Shown here in pieces: positions 1 to 14,709 of a DNA stretch of 64,000 bases. The stretch's first letter is position 1; the number at the start of each line of letters is the position of its first letter. The position numbers were made by a program, and so were the translations under genes. Below the pieces are notes generated by a model. That model searched no databases, was not told where the DNA came from, and saw only the letters and a program-made list of their open reading frames with translations. Source of the stretch: Mytilus edulis (lineage: Eukaryota); NCBI RefSeq assembly GCF_963676685.1, contig NC_092351.1, forward strand, positions 32,426,001 to 32,490,000. Direction: 5' to 3'.

Positions 1-1273
1 TAATACATCGCGACGCTACACTTATTGAATAGTAACATAAACAGATTGTTTCCAATGAAACACTATAAACTTGTTTTTATTTATGATTTCTAGAACTCAG
101 ATAAACATGATACGGATTTTACATCATAGATTACATTTTGATATATACATAACATTTTCGTTTTCTTTGAAATTACTAGGTAATCTATTTTTGATTAAAA
201 AAATGCTACTTTATATTGTCACAAAGTTTAACTTCAATCAAATCTTGTATTCCCAAGCAAGCTTTTGCTGACGTAGCACAATTCTATAAATATTTTGAAA
301 TACAGTTTAATGTCGACAGCAAAAATAGCAGTCATAAAATCTGAGATTAGTTGTCAGTAGCACTTATTAAATAAGAGCTTAATAATTTAATGAACTTTAT
401 ATTTACAAGCGTATCTTTACAATAACGGATGGATTGTTTATCATTTAAAAAATAGTCTTATATGTCAAATCTATTTCTTCGAATTAACAGTTTTATACCA
501 TACCATATAAATTGACATTCCTATCGTGCTATTCAAATTATGCAACATTGGAGTGAAACCGAAATTGGTATTCCATGTATTATTATTGACGATATAAATA
601 AATTTGTTCCGGTTGCTTATTTGGAATTCTCGCTTTTCGTATTCAGTTATAAGTCCATAGAGCCGATTGTATTAATATACAAGATATTCGTATGTTAGTA
701 CACTGAAATACGTATCTAGTAGAATTATCATTATATTTCGTTTAAAAGTAGCTTATCAATAGCTTATTGTGACCACAAAAGAATCAAACGAACAGCGCTT
801 TTCTGCCACGATATATTTTTCCATTAGAAAGCTACACAGTAGACTAACTACGGTTCCATTTAATGACTTTAATCCCAGTGAGTTCAGTAAAAAAAAAAGA
901 TTGTGATACGATTTAAGACATGTTAGAAAAAAGAATTACGTTACTTAATAGGTTATGTGAGCAACATATAAAATACTAGGTTTAATAATCAAAGGTTTTC
1001 GAAACTTGCGCTAGCATATATTTTTCTTAATCGTTTGAAGGACAAAGCTTGACAATATCTATGATACCAAACTTCTTCTATGTTTGCTTCGCTAAAAGGC
1101 AAGGAATTGAAACGTCAAAATAATGTAAAATCATAGAGTATGATTACCAGCAAATTGCTACATACTATATAAAGTTACTTAATGTACAATAACGTTAATG
1201 TGATTTTGTACTTAACTATTTCACAATTTGTATATCGTTTCATTTATAAAAGTAATTCAGCTTTCCAAGTTAT

Positions 1274-1318
1274 TTCTGAACTTCATACTTCTGAACTTCA
1301 TACTTCTGAACTTCATAC
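1274..1318. repeat. 15-bp minisatellite (TTCTGAACTTCATAC)x3
   Basis: Three exact tandem copies ending 31 nt before the exon at 1350. Confidence 0.9.
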
Positions 1319-1349
1319 ATGAACATTTATCTGAATATCTTTATTTCAG

Positions 1350-1592
1350 TATGCACATCGATGTCGAATGGTGTGTTTGCGTTATTTGGTACGAAATCTT
1401 ACCGTTCGCAAGATATCCTGACGTCATACTCTGACAAATTCCATATGCCATATATTACAATCAGCTCTATTTTGGAAAGCACGCAAGGGAAGTATGAAGT
1501 CCACATGAAGCCACCATTAACACGTATCTTGAGAGACTTGATCTTTGCCAAAAAGTGGAAGAACATTTTCTATGTTTATGATTCCGATGCAG
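1350..1592 (+). CDS. iGluR exon, ATD (CTSMSNGVFALFG...YVYDSDA)
   Basis: ttcag acceptor, G|gtaagc donor; matches AMPA ATD pattern CSQFSRGVYAIFG...FAYLYDSD. Confidence 0.92.
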
Positions 1593-1777
1593 GTAAGCAT
1601 ACTAGTTTTGTTAGTATTGATATTGTATTAAATAAACATTTGTAAACATATACAAAGTTTACTTGGCGCATTTAAAGTATTATTGTATGCTCTATTTGGG
1701 AGTATTTGGAAGTTAAAATCGGAAAAAACCAGTTCGACCGTCCTTCAAGACGTTCGGTTCTGAAATTACGTGCCATC

Positions 1778-1801
1778 GTTGTTGTTGTTGTTGTTGTTGT
1801 T
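1778..1801. repeat. (GTT)8 microsatellite
   Basis: Directly visible. Confidence 0.9.
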
Positions 1802-2350
1802 CTGTATCTTTCCTCCACTGTCTGGAGAACTGAGGAGTTGAGTATGGAAATAATTTCCGTCATTGAAAGTCTGCCTGGCAAAATTTAATTGTATTTCGTA
1901 TCAGATACGATAAATATTTTTTTATACACTGAAACACTGTGTGATACACATTCCCTTGACGCTATCAGCAATTTAACAACAGATTTTTATTTTTTTTACA
2001 CGTCAAGAGCTTTTCCTTCCAATTCAACATTAAAAGGGTGCGGGGATTACTTCAGTTTTCGGTTAAAATGGGTACCGAAGTGCAGTTGGAATGTATTATT
2101 AATGCATAAAATGTTTACCTCACTCGTAAATGAGAGGGGGTCTGAGCACGGAAACACCATAATGCAGGTGCGGATCTATGATTTAATGTTAGTGGAAGGG
2201 TGTGCAAAAATATTGTTCTGCGGAGCGGAGCATGTTGCGAAATATATTTTGGGTAAAGGATTAGCAAATTAGCAAAAACAAATTACGTGTCGTCATCATT
2301 TCCGCTTTGTCTGTAAGTATTATGGTCTGCATAGCAAAAAGTATACCGTA

Positions 2351-2590
2351 CACCATTTGCGAGTATGGTCTCGAGGAAACGATGATAGTTCGTCGGAAGG
2401 GGACGATAAATGGCTGACCCGTGTTAAGAGGGAGCCATATCTCTTGCACGTTAAAGACACCCTTGTAGATTTCGAAAAAGAGCAGGCTAATGCCGCTACA
2501 AGGCAGCACTCGCACCCGCAAAGTGGAAAGGGATTAATATAAGTTGCAAAACTTGTTTCCCAATCCACTATAAATAAATCTGTTTAAACT
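2351..2590 (+). mobile_element. 5'-truncated SINE (Deu/Nin-domain-like) with 12-bp TSD
   Basis: AAGTATACCGTA at 2339-2350 and 2591-2602; core CTTGCACGTTAAAGACACCC; AT-rich tail. Family assignment from recall. Confidence 0.7.
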
Positions 2591-2959
2591 AAGTATACCG
2601 TAAAGGATAGTGGATTACTTCGGGTTTCAGTTAAAAATGGGTAAAAAAGGAAGTGAAGCTGGAATATGACTCCAATTCATATATTAATGCATACATTTTT
2701 AATACAACTCATATATGGGGGTTGTTCTGAGCACGAAAACACCTGAAATCAGATGCGGATTGATCTTACACTGAAACACTTTGGGATATACATTCCATTG
2801 ACGCTCTCAGCTATTTAACAACAGAATTTTAAAAGGTCGAGAGATCTTCCTTCCGGGGAACCGCAACGAGAATACATGAAAAGGGTGAGGGATAAATTTG
2901 GTTTTCGGTTAAAAATGGGTACAGAAGTTCGGCTTGAAAGTAACACCCGCCCCCACACC

Positions 2960-5900
2960 ACCCCAATTCTTATTAATGCATAACATTTTCAGCCCACTCA
3001 TGTAAAGGGGTGGTTCTGAACACAGAAACACTTGAAATCAGGTGCGGATCCAGAATTTGAGGGGGGTGCAAAAAATTCGTTCCACCGAGTGGAGCGTGGT
3101 GCGAAATCCTTTTGGGTAAAAATGCCTTCCACCTAAACTATATAACTTCAAATTATGAACCAAAATATATTTCGCAAGTATTTTTTAGTAAAGCATTATT
3201 CTTGTCAAGTGAATAATCGACTCCATGGCAATAAATCACGCTTACTTCTGATACGGATGAGGAAACATAATCACAGGTAACACCATATCATCCTTCAATG
3301 GAATGGCTTTCTACTTGATGACATTGTGTGATATGAAAAACACAATGAGTTTAAAAGCAATCGTGTAAATTACAGGAAGTTTTATATCTTTACCTCTGTT
3401 TCATAATTGACTTGGCATGTAAAAGTTTGTAATGTTTTAGTTTTGAGTGTGTTGTACCACGTTATTTGTTGGTTTCATCGTAATTTCATGCTCTAGTCCT
3501 ATTTCTTGTGCAATTTAAGGTTAAAATTCTCATCCACATAATTCACGTTTTATTGGTGTATGAATAGACTACCGTTAACAGACATTCATGATTGGGGATC
3601 CTTTACCAACTATATAGAAAAATATAGATACCTAAATAAGATTTTATAAGATTTTTTAATTGGATCTAAAACTTGTATGGGAATGATTCATTATTGCGGT
3701 ACTTATACTATTGCAAGTAGGGAATATTAATGAAATATGATGCTTACGTCTTCTCTCGAACGATTATTTCTTTAAACTTGTTTCCTGAAGTATCCATCTA
3801 AAAATTGGCTTCTCCATGTTTTACAGATCTAATTAAAAAACAGATTCGGCCAGACTGTCGAATTAACGAACTTTAACACACCCTCAAAAAACATAAATCT
3901 TTATTCTAGCTTTGTTGTTCAAGAATCAATAAAAAATGAAAATATCATGTTTTCGGGTTGAATGAGTTTACTCTATAGAGTAAACATACCACATTGCGTT
4001 TTTTTCAGATTATATTTTATTTTTGACGCTTCTCCATAACGTGATGTGGCTTTTTCTCATACATGTACAGCACTATTTTTTTTTAAATACTGACGGAGTC
4101 ATTAAAATTTGCAGCTGTCTGTGACCTATTTTTAATGGACGATTAACTGTGGTAATGGCATGCATGATGCCAGTGCGAGCTACATGCATACATCTAATAG
4201 ACATTGTGTCCTTGCATGCAACTGCAGTCTAAAACATTAAAGGCGTAGTTATAATCTCAAAGAAAGAGTGACCCCTCTCCCACCCCAATTCATATTATTG
4301 CATAACATTCTCAGCCCACTCGTGTAAAGAGGTGGTTCTGAGCACAGAAACACTTGAAATCAGGTGCGGATCCAGAATTTGAGAGGGGGTGCAAAAAATT
4401 TGTTCCACCGAGAAAAGCGTGGTGCGAAATTCTATTGGGTAAAAACGCCTTACACCTAAACTATTATATCTTCATATTATGAACCAAAATATATTTCGCA
4501 AGTATTTTTAGTAAAGTATTATTCTTGTCAAGTGAATAATCGACCCCATGGCAATAAATCACACCTTCTTCTGATACGGATGAGAAAACATAATTACAGA
4601 AAACACCATATCATCCTTCAATGGAATGGCTTTCTACTTGATGACATAGTGTGATATAAAAAAATACAACGAGTTTTAAAGCAATCGTGTAAATTACAGG
4701 ACGTATTATTTATTTATCTTTATTTATAATTGACTAGGCATGTAGACGTTTGTTCTGTTTTAGTTTTTAGTGTGTTATACCACGTTATTTGTTGGATTCA
4801 TCGTAATTTCATGCTCTAGTCTTATTGTTTATGTAATTTAAGGTTAAAATTCTCATCCACATAATTCACGTTTTATTGGTGTATGAATAGACTACCGTTA
4901 GCAGACATTCATGATTGGGGATGCTTTACCAACTATATAGAAAAATATAAATACATAAATAAGATTTTATAAGATTTTTTAATTGGATCTACAACTTGTA
5001 TGGGAATGATTCATTATTGCGGTACTTATACTATTGCAAGTAGGGAATATTAATGAAATATGATGCTTACGTCTTCTCTCGAACGATTATTTCTTTAAAG
5101 TTATTTCCTGAAGTATCCATCTAAAAATTGGCTTCTCCATGTTTTACAGATCTAATTAAAAAACAGATTCGACAAGACTGTCGAATTAATGAACTTTAAC
5201 ACACCCTCAAAAAGCATAAATCTTTATTCTAGCTTTGTTGTTCAAGAATCAATAAAAAATGAAAATATCATGTTTTCGGGTTGAATGAATTTACTCTTTA
5301 GAGTAAACATACCACATTGCGTTTTTTCAGATTATATTTTATTTTTGACGCTTCTCCAAAACGTGATGTGGCTTTTTCTCATACATGTACAGCACTATTT
5401 TTTTTTAAATACTGACGGAGTCATTAAAATTTGCAGCTGTCTGTGACCTATTTTTAATGGACGATTAACTGTGGTAATGGCATGCATGATGCCAGTGCGA
5501 GCTACATGCATACATCTAATAGACATTGTGTCCTTGCATGCAACTGCAGTCTAAAACATTAAAGGCGTAGTTATAATCTCAAAGAAAGAGTGATCCCTCT
5601 CCCACCCCAATTCATATTAATGCATAACATTCTCAGCCCACTCGTGTAAAGAGGTGGTTCTGAGCACAGAAACACTTGAAATCAGGTGCGGATCCAGAAT
5701 TTGAGAGGGGGTGCAAAAAATTTGTTCCACCGAGAAAAGCGTGGTGCGAAATTCTATTGGGTAAAATCGCCTTACACCTAAACTATATATCTTCATATTA
5801 TGAACCAAAATATATTTCGCAAGTATTTTTAGTAAAGTATTATTCTTGTCAAGTAAATAATCGACCCCATGGCAATAAATCACACCTTCTTCTGATACGG

Positions 5901-7602
5901 ATGAGAAACCATAATTACAGAAAACACCATATCATCCTTCAATGGAATGGCTTTCTACTTGATGACATAGTGTGATATAAAAAAATACAACGAGTTTTAA
6001 AGCAATCGTGTAAATTACAGGACGTATTATTTATTTATCTTTATTTATAATTGACTAGGCATGTAGACGTTTGTTCTGTTTTAGTTTTTAGTGTGTTGTA
6101 CCACGTTATTTGTTGGATTCATCGTAATTTCATGCTCTAGTCTTATTGTTTATGTAATTTAAGGTTAAAATTCCCATCCACATAATTCACGTTTTATTGG
6201 TGTAGGAATAGACTGCCGTTAACAGACATTCATGATTGAGGATGCTTTACCAACTATATAGAAAAATATAAATACATGAATAAGATTTTATAAGATTTTT
6301 TAATTGGATCTACAACTTCATGTATGGGAATGATTCATTATTGCGGTACTTATACTATTGCAAGTAGGGAATATTAATGAAATATGATGCTTACGTCTGC
6401 TCTCGAACGATTATTTCTTTAAAGTTGTTTCCTGAAGTATCCATCTTAATATTGGCTTCTCCATGTTTTACAGATCTAATTAAAAAACAGATTCGACAAG
6501 ACTGTCGAATTAACGAACTTTAACACACCCTCAAAAAACATAAATCTTTATTCTAGCTTTGTTGTTCATGAATCAATAAAAAATGAAAATATCATGTTTT
6601 CGGGTTGAATTACATGTACATTGTAGTTTACTCTTAGAGTAAACATACCACGTTGTGTTTATTCAGATTATATTTTATTTCTGACGCTTCTCCATAATGT
6701 AATGTATAAAATTGAGAATAGAAATTGGGGAATTTTAATGAAATATGATGCTTACGTCTGCTCTCGAACGATTATTTCTTTAAAGTTGTTTCCTGAAGTA
6801 TCCATCTAAAAATTGGCGTGGCTTTTTCTCATACAGCACTATTTTTTTAAATACTGACGGAGTCATTAAAAAGGAGTAGGTTCAGTAAGACCCCTTTTTG
6901 GCCCCAAAATATAGCAGTTTTACAAAATTGTTAAAATGTAAACCTTTAGTTATTTTTTGGACAGTAGAATGCTTCTGCTACATAAATATGGGCTGTTTTT
7001 GACAATACAATGCACATATATAGGGTACTAGCACCATTAAGTCATGCTAAATTACTGAAATCCTCATAATTCTAGCATTTTAGTTAAATTTTAGACGGTT
7101 TTCGTGTAAAACGAAAGTGGCAGCATTCGTGTTCATTCTTAATATTGAAATGTAAGTTGGACTTTATGATAATACATATTATATATAAAGGTTGAGGATG
7201 AACACGGATGCGGCCACTTTCATTTTTACCAAAAACCACCTGAAAAGTGACATTTTTCGGCATATTAGGTAGATTTTTCATATTTGAGCTTGAATCGGAT
7301 CGTTTTTAATGACCAAATCTGTTAAAATCTTTCACATAAACTACTTAATTCAAATAAAATAGACACTTAAGTGTTTAAAAAGTGGTCAAAATCTTTCGTC
7401 AGATGAACCTGAAATTTGAGGCCAAAATCGGTCCTTACCGCACCTACTAGCAGCTGTCCGTAACATATTTTTAATGGACGATAAACTATGGCAATGGCAT
7501 GCATGATACTAGTGCGTGCTACATGCATACATCTTATAGACATTGTATCCTTGCATGCAACTGCAGTCTAAAACATTAAAGGCGTAGTTATAATCTCAAA
7601 GA
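2960..7602. repeat. Tandem triplication of a ~1.32-kb unit
   Basis: Near-identical units starting near 2961, 4283 and 5605; third copy interrupted by insertions. Confidence 0.93.
6875..7448. mobile_element. Non-autonomous element with ~35-bp imperfect TIRs
   Basis: AGTAGGTTCAGTAAGACCCC... / ...GGTCCTTACCGCACCTACT; absent from the other two triplication units. Confidence 0.8.
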
Positions 7603-7815
7603 GTACAACATATATACTTGAAAAATTGAAATGACTGCAAAAATGAGAATAAAAAGTTGTATTATATGATAAATCATCACCGTTTGGTGTCCATCCATCG
7701 ATGGTATACAACCCAAAAGGGTTGTTATTCATAAAAGATAAATTATGTGTATGTCTATTTCACAGCTATATTTTTTACATATATATGTACCTCTTTTCTC
7801 CGAAAAATGCCTTAA

Positions 7816-8506
7816 AGGGGCACTAGCTACGATATATATAAAGAAATAAAGTATGATTTTTTTTAGATCAAATTGAATCATTAATCAAATTGGAATAATG
7901 AAATAATAATTTGCTTTTAGCAATCAATTTCCTTTAATTTTGTTGAAATAAGCGATTAAACATAATTTTTGACTGATTCACTTGCAAGTGAAAACGTCAT
8001 CATCATTCTAACCGGTATTCATGTGAACTTCAAGTTAACCCCTAGCTAGAGATTGACAACGCATGCATTGTACGTGTACAGGTTATTTAAAGAAAAAGAA
8101 TGTCAACAATGAAAGTGAAACTACGGTAAACCATTTGATTACTAATTCGATGCACATAAAATCATTCTTATATGGTTAAAAAGAATGAGAAACATCTATT
8201 TTTAATCTATAAAATAAAATCAAACAGACCTATAAAAATACAATTGCACGTGTTGGTTTAATCTATTCGTATCTTTTTTTTTTGTTTACATCGCTTATAT
8301 GGTCATCTGAGGTCAAATCGATAGTTAATTAGATGGCGTCTGGACTAAAATACACACGAAACGAACCTATATATAATCTACCCCATGCTCTGTAAACTGT
8401 TTATTTTAGACTTTTGATAGTTTGGATAAATGTTTTACATTGTTATAAACCAAATATGAGAATTTGAGTCAAATCGGTTACAATGAATTTGATAGCTAGT
8501 GCCCCT
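7816..8506. mobile_element. Kolobok-type MITE
   Basis: TTAA on both sides; TIR AGGGGCACTAGCTA / TAGCTAGTGCCCCT; purine-purine terminus. Confidence 0.85.
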
Positions 8507-11500
8507 TTAACATATGTAAATATATTTCAATTCTTTCGAGGAACGCACATTATATTCAACTTTCAGAATCGTCGGCCTTTTGCCATCAAATTGTGTCACG
8601 CGGCATTTTCTTTAACTACATGAATATAATTTTAAATAAGAACTATCTTTTAAAAAAGATATCCGACGTATTTAAATTTGAGTATATGTTTAAAACTATC
8701 ATTTCGATAACCTTCAGAAGCACAAAGATACCATTTAAATAACAGTAAACGTTTTCTCTGTTTGTGTTCAGTATTCTCGGTCCTCGTATCTTTCTGTTTA
8801 CATTCACCAAAACCCCGCGGAAATCTCACATGCGTAGGTGCGTTTTAACAGTCATGTAAGTTTACATTAAAAATTATATAATTGTCCCGAATAAACAGCT
8901 GTCACGGATGCAAAGAGCTATTAGAGAAACAATTATTTTAATAAAAATATAAATCTGTGTAAGATCTAGTTCAAATATTTATAGCTTTTCACTTGCTTTC
9001 CATTACGATATAATTAACGAGACGGTTTTTTTCAAACACAACCAAATCACCCACCATGACAGCATTTTGTCCAATCACAGAAAGGATCTTCGAGCATGCG
9101 TATTCTGTTGCCATAGTGAAGCGTTCTTAAGTTCAAAGGGCACAAACCGAAACTAATACCGACTACGTCGGAAAAACTGCCACAGATTCATGGTTTCTTT
9201 TAAAATCTATAATGCTAAAATCTGAATGCGATAAACATCTTTTTTTATTTTAATTTTATATAGTTTACAGAGCTGGTCTAAAAATCCCCTCATCGTATGT
9301 ATTTGATCAGCAAGGCAATTGTTTTAATTTTTGGAATCCTTGCTTTTTCAAAGCAAGAACATTCCATACCAAACTAATTTTTTTAATTTCTCTCCCGCTT
9401 TTGGGTTTTTATAATTTTTAGTTGTATTGAGATCAGACTTGACATCCTTGTTTTCATTATTCCTGAATTCTTCCAGGTCGCTACGTAGTTGACATTTTTA
9501 ACAAACTTGGTAGTTCTTATGGACAATAATTATTTCAGTACAGTCCTTGCTCTTAAACAATCTTTTATCTTTGTAATTATGCACTTCCCTCTTTTATCCT
9601 CCATTTCTGATCTCTTAATAATGCAATTAAGCAACTTGTCGTTGCGAAGAGATTGTGTAGAAACAAAATACTTTTCCAGTGTCGTTCCTCGACATTTCTA
9701 AGACTATTAAGTTTCTTTAATAATCCGTGGGATCATTCTGACAAAACGTCAGACTTTTCCTAATAAAACCTAATACATCTTCTATAAACCTGATGTTGTC
9801 TTTAATTAAGGTGTCCCTTTCTTAAAAGATATCATGCTGAAACCCTATTATTTCAGACCAAATCGATATGTCACTTAAATGTTTAGGTAAATACAATAAT
9901 ATGAAGCAGAACTAAAGCTTTCTAAAAACCATTCTATTGTGAAGTCTTCCATTTACTGTAATTTGAACGAGATTAATTCGTCCGGGAAAATGTCACAATA
10001 TATTGGTTCTGTAATGACTTCCACATAAGACGATTAAACAAAATAAATGTGTAAAGAGGAGAACAAACATTCTAAAGATTTAGTTTTATTTCAGTATAAT
10101 AAAAAGAAAATTTGCTGCGGAAATTGTGATAATCATTCTCGAAGAGATCATGCGGTGTGAAACCATTCTCAATGCTAAGTTAACTTCAGATAAGTGAGAT
10201 AACGACTGCTAACAAATTGAAAATTAACGACTTCAAACTTGTCATTTGTTTCCTCCATGTTAAAGTTTTACGGTTTAATTGTATAGTTGTTGTATAGCAA
10301 ACCATAAAATTTCTTGTATTTCCTTTTCTGGTTAAAAGCAGGAAATTCCAAATTCATTGAAGCTGTACATGATTCTATTCCCAAAGGACAAGATTAAAAT
10401 AGATATTAAACATCCTACAGAGATTAAAATGAAACACATTTGAAAAGTACGAATTGTAATAGGTTATCGAGCATTTAGTGTTTTATTTGCTTTCAATGTT
10501 TGAGCAAAGCTATCTTGGCTTTTATAACCTCTAATCAAAATTATTTCCTATTATAAACTTTAAGCCCTTCAACTAAATCAATGTAATAGTAATCAATTGA
10601 AGCGTTGCTTAAATTGCACGTATAATAACTTCGACTCAATCAGAGTAATTGCCCAAAACGAACAATGTAACATTAAGTTGACTAATATAGTGCAGCGCTA
10701 TTTTTTTTGGCAAGTACAGATACACATTGTGATTGCCTTTTCGTTGCTTAAGGAAATCAGTATGCAACTATCAAAATGACAAAATTCATTATTAAATACT
10801 ACAATTATAAACTAGGAAATTACTCCCTTTAAGTCTGTCAATCGATCAAAATGTATAAAAAGTCATATGATCTTAATTCAAAACCCATAAAAAAAAATAT
10901 TGGCATTTATTTAGTATTTCAAAATAGCTATATATATATATAGACACCTAATTTATTAGAAAATATATATACCGATAGTTATTAGATTTTCAATCACGAT
11001 TTATTCTTTTGTTGAATTCAATACCATCTTTCTCAGTGCAGTATATTCGTTTGTTTAAAAAAAAACAATCAACGAGTTCAATACGTCGAAACCCTTTCTT
11101 TAATTCGTCTTTCAAATCATTATTATAATCATGAAAAAGTATCAAGGGAATATAAATGTTTTATAAAACTCTCTGGTTTAGATAAATCTGTTTGTTCGGT
11201 TTTATTTGTCTAGGTATACTAGTATTAAAGTTATAAAATAGCATATTATAGTAATTCACGTCATCTGTACTATTTATGTCTGACTTATATACATGTACAA
11301 CATTAACGTACGTGCTAAGCTATTTCGATACCATTTTTGTGGCATTTAGTTATAAAAAATGCTCATTTGTCTACTGACTTCCACAATAGGAACCAGACCT
11401 GGCCTATTTAAATATAAAATAAGAAATCCCGGAATAATTACCCGAAGAGACACCTACATGTATCCAGCTGCTGAGACTATAGGACATGGATATAGGCAAC

Positions 11501-13049
11501 ACATTTACTACACTAAATGCACATGTTTCAATCTCAGTTCACGTTTCTGATTACACCTACTTTTAACTAATACAGTTATAGTATTCTCATTTGGAAAAGG
11601 TCATTATCAAAAGTCAAATCTCGCGGAATTGTATTAGGACATAAAGACTTATTTCATTGCTTATGAGATACATGACTTTTTTATATGTTGTTATTGGCTT
11701 TGAACTAACTGTCATTACATGTATATGCTAGTAATCTCAGATCTATACTAAGTGTCTTCGTTTTGTTGGGATGATGTATAAATAACTTGTCACGTCTAAT
11801 CTGTGTTTTGGTAACTTGTCTGTCTGCTTTGTATCGACCTGATGATTTAAGTCCTCTTTTATTGTTTGTTTGTTCACTTTCCCTGGTATTGAGAGCGTTG
11901 GGCGTTCACAAACATGTCTACTCCCGACAAATTATGTATGTGCCTGTCCCAAGTCGGGGGCCTCTTATTCAATGGTTGTCGTATGTTCATGTCTCATTTC
12001 TTTCTTTCGTAAATTGGTGTGGCATATATTAGGTCGTTAGTTTTATCAATCGAATTAATTGAGTCATGTTTTTTTTTTATGTCGGTGCCTTTTATAGCCA
12101 ATTGTACTCTATGTTTTCTTTTAATTGTTGAAGATCGCAAGGTTATCTATAATTTCATCTATAAACATCCTTTGAACTCTGATGAATAGTTGTCTCATTA
12201 GTAATCATTAAACATTTTTTTCTTCTTTGTGTATCCTGAAAAGTTTAGGGATAAAGAAAAGTATTAATATGTGGAATTCTACCATGGCTAGCTTTAGTCT
12301 ATCTATTGCCTCAGAGTTGGCGTCAGTTTGACTGTGTGTGGTGTATAAATATGTAGATGTGTCCGGTCAGATGGGTAGTTAAATTCTATTCTCATGCAGC
12401 ATATGATCAGCGGTCTCGACAATTAAAAACTCTCAAGACTTGTAACAATGATGGGTTTCTATGTGATTTGTGGCAAGGCAAACGTTTTGCCTTATTGAAT
12501 ATACATTTATTTTACAATGCCATTCTGAATGTCCACCCTTTACAACTATATAGAACTAACCTGTTAGATAGAGTGTTAAGTGTTTCTTGGCCGAAAAGTA
12601 TACGTAAAATTGTTGCCATGCACTTGATGCTTAGCAAATATTAATGGAATCACAAAAGTTATGCAGCCGATACAGGATTCCGGAATAACAGAACGGCATG
12701 TTATTTGGTATAAAAGTATAACACAGTGGGGACAGTCGTGTCTCCAAAATAATCATCATCATCAGGTAAACATAAAACTATATCTGGAGAATGTCGAATG
12801 CATTAACAGGTATTCGGCCCATAATTAGCCAATATACAACAAGCAAAATAATTTACATTTTTATCAAGGATTGTAAGCGAAAGGGGGGTGGGGGGGGGGG
12901 TCTAAAAGTTCTTACTATGAAAATAAAACATTGCAATAGCTTTTGATAATAGATTACCTTAATAAGATGTCGTCTAAACTTTTCGGACTTTAAGTTCTTC
13001 AAGGCTCTTCAACTTCGAACTTTATTTGATCTTTTAACTTTTTATTCGA

Positions 13050-13093
13050 GCGTCACTGATGAGTCTTATAAAGACGAAGACCGCATATGATGT
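13050..13093 (+). ncRNA. Degenerate type I hammerhead ribozyme relic
   Basis: GCGTCA-CTGATGA-GTCT(TATAA)AGAC-GAAG; GAAA core and stem III mutated. Confidence 0.6.
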
Positions 13094-13509
13094 ACACAAT
13101 TGTAATCCTAGTACATTGTATTTATGATATTATGCGTTTATTTCATAATATCATAACATTTTTTATATTTTAAAATAATGATTAAATGATTTACATTTAT
13201 CACTTCAGAAGCTGAAGTTTAATAAATAAATGGCCTACTAAAAACATATTTTTCCTCATCCTCTGTTCATGAAACACACCAAGATCGTAATACAACACTG
13301 ACATACAAAAATTACAAACAGCGGTACAAGTTGTAGGTAAAATCATAACAATATCATATACTGGTCTTCATGTCAAAAGCAAGACTTAGTACTTAAGACT
13401 AAATCAAACCACAACTGCTATAGACAAATCCTATTTCCATTTTATTTGCTAGAAACGCATTTCAAATATTTTAATTATAAACTATTATTATGCTGTTATA
13501 TGTTTAAAG

Positions 13510-13715
13510 GATTAATGCGTTATCAGGAATTAAGAGAACTGCTCTTACAGAACAATACTGATCAACCGGTCCACATAAAAATACGACGAATACAGAACAT
13601 AAAACAAGCACATGACGACCTCAAATCTCTAGATTCACAAGAATTACGGTCTACGACCAAACAGATTTTAATTGATCTGGAGTCTGAGGAATCATATGCT
13701 GTAATTCTGCAGCAG
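13510..13715 (+). CDS. iGluR exon, ATD (GLMRYQELRELL...ILQQ)
   Basis: ttaaag acceptor, phase 1 fits previous exon, CAG|gtatgt donor. Confidence 0.9.
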
Positions 13716-14655
13716 GTATGTAGCTATAAATAAAGTGTGTGACCAAAATTTCTTCTTTTTTTTCTTTCTGAACAATAGCTGATTTATTTTAGAGATTTAA
13801 GATTGTTATTGTGTCTTGCATTCAACCTTTGATTGAACGAGCTTCGAGTATTTTATCTGATCATCATAAGTCAAAAACATCCATTAATGAACAATATCTG
13901 TAATGATAACAGTGTGCTCTAATACTCTGGTTTTTTTTTGTGTGTATTGATTAATATGGGCATACATTCTTTTGGGTCTTGAGTTGAAATGAATACTTCA
14001 TTAAGACATCGTCGTTGCATCAAAGGGGATAAATCACTAAATTTAATGTACATTTGACAGCACCATTATCAAAAAAAGAAGCAAAATAATGCATTTTCTT
14101 GAACATATCTTGACGTTAAATAATTCACGTGTGTAAGGTGGAAGAAACTTTCAAATAAAAAAAGAGAAGTCATGAATACATATAACAAGATGCGATATAA
14201 GGTCAATGAGACAACTGCCAACCCAAGTCAGAATTTGTAAAAAGTAAACCATTTTAGTGTAATTAAACTTGGTGTCCACTTTGTCTTATGCTTGATGACA
14301 CGATACAAGAAGATTTGTTAATTATTAGACGTTAAGGAAATGGCTAAATGGACAGCAAATATTAGTATTTGGGGAACATAATTATATAGCAGCCAAGAGA
14401 ACACGAGATGCGATGCATGGGTTTATGTGTGGAATAAATACCTTATAACTGTACATGGTAAATACATTTAAATACAACCAAAGAATGACCTTAACTAGAT
14501 ATAAGAAGATGTGGTATGAATGACAATGAGACAACTCTCCATACAAGTCACAATTTGTAAAAGCAAACCATTATTATATTTCTTAAGTTGATATGTAAAA
14601 ATGATAATTTGAATATGTTTACTTCTCTTTATATCACTGTTGTTGTTTCTTGTAG

Positions 14656-14709
14656 ATACGAGAAGTTGGAATGAATAAACAAAATTATTCATACATTTTA
14701 GCAACGCAG
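14656..14709 (+). CDS. iGluR 54-nt exon (IREVGMNKQNYSYILATQ)
   Basis: ttgtag acceptor, CAG|gtaaga donor, phase 0/0; equivalent of GxxxxGYHYIIA. Absent from ORF track. Confidence 0.9.

Noticed and set aside
1-1349. iGluR signal-peptide and first ATD exons
   Set aside because: No phase-compatible exon found; they probably lie upstream of the window
9300-10330. Possible minus-strand coding relic
   Set aside because: Many stops in the frames read and no recognisable motif
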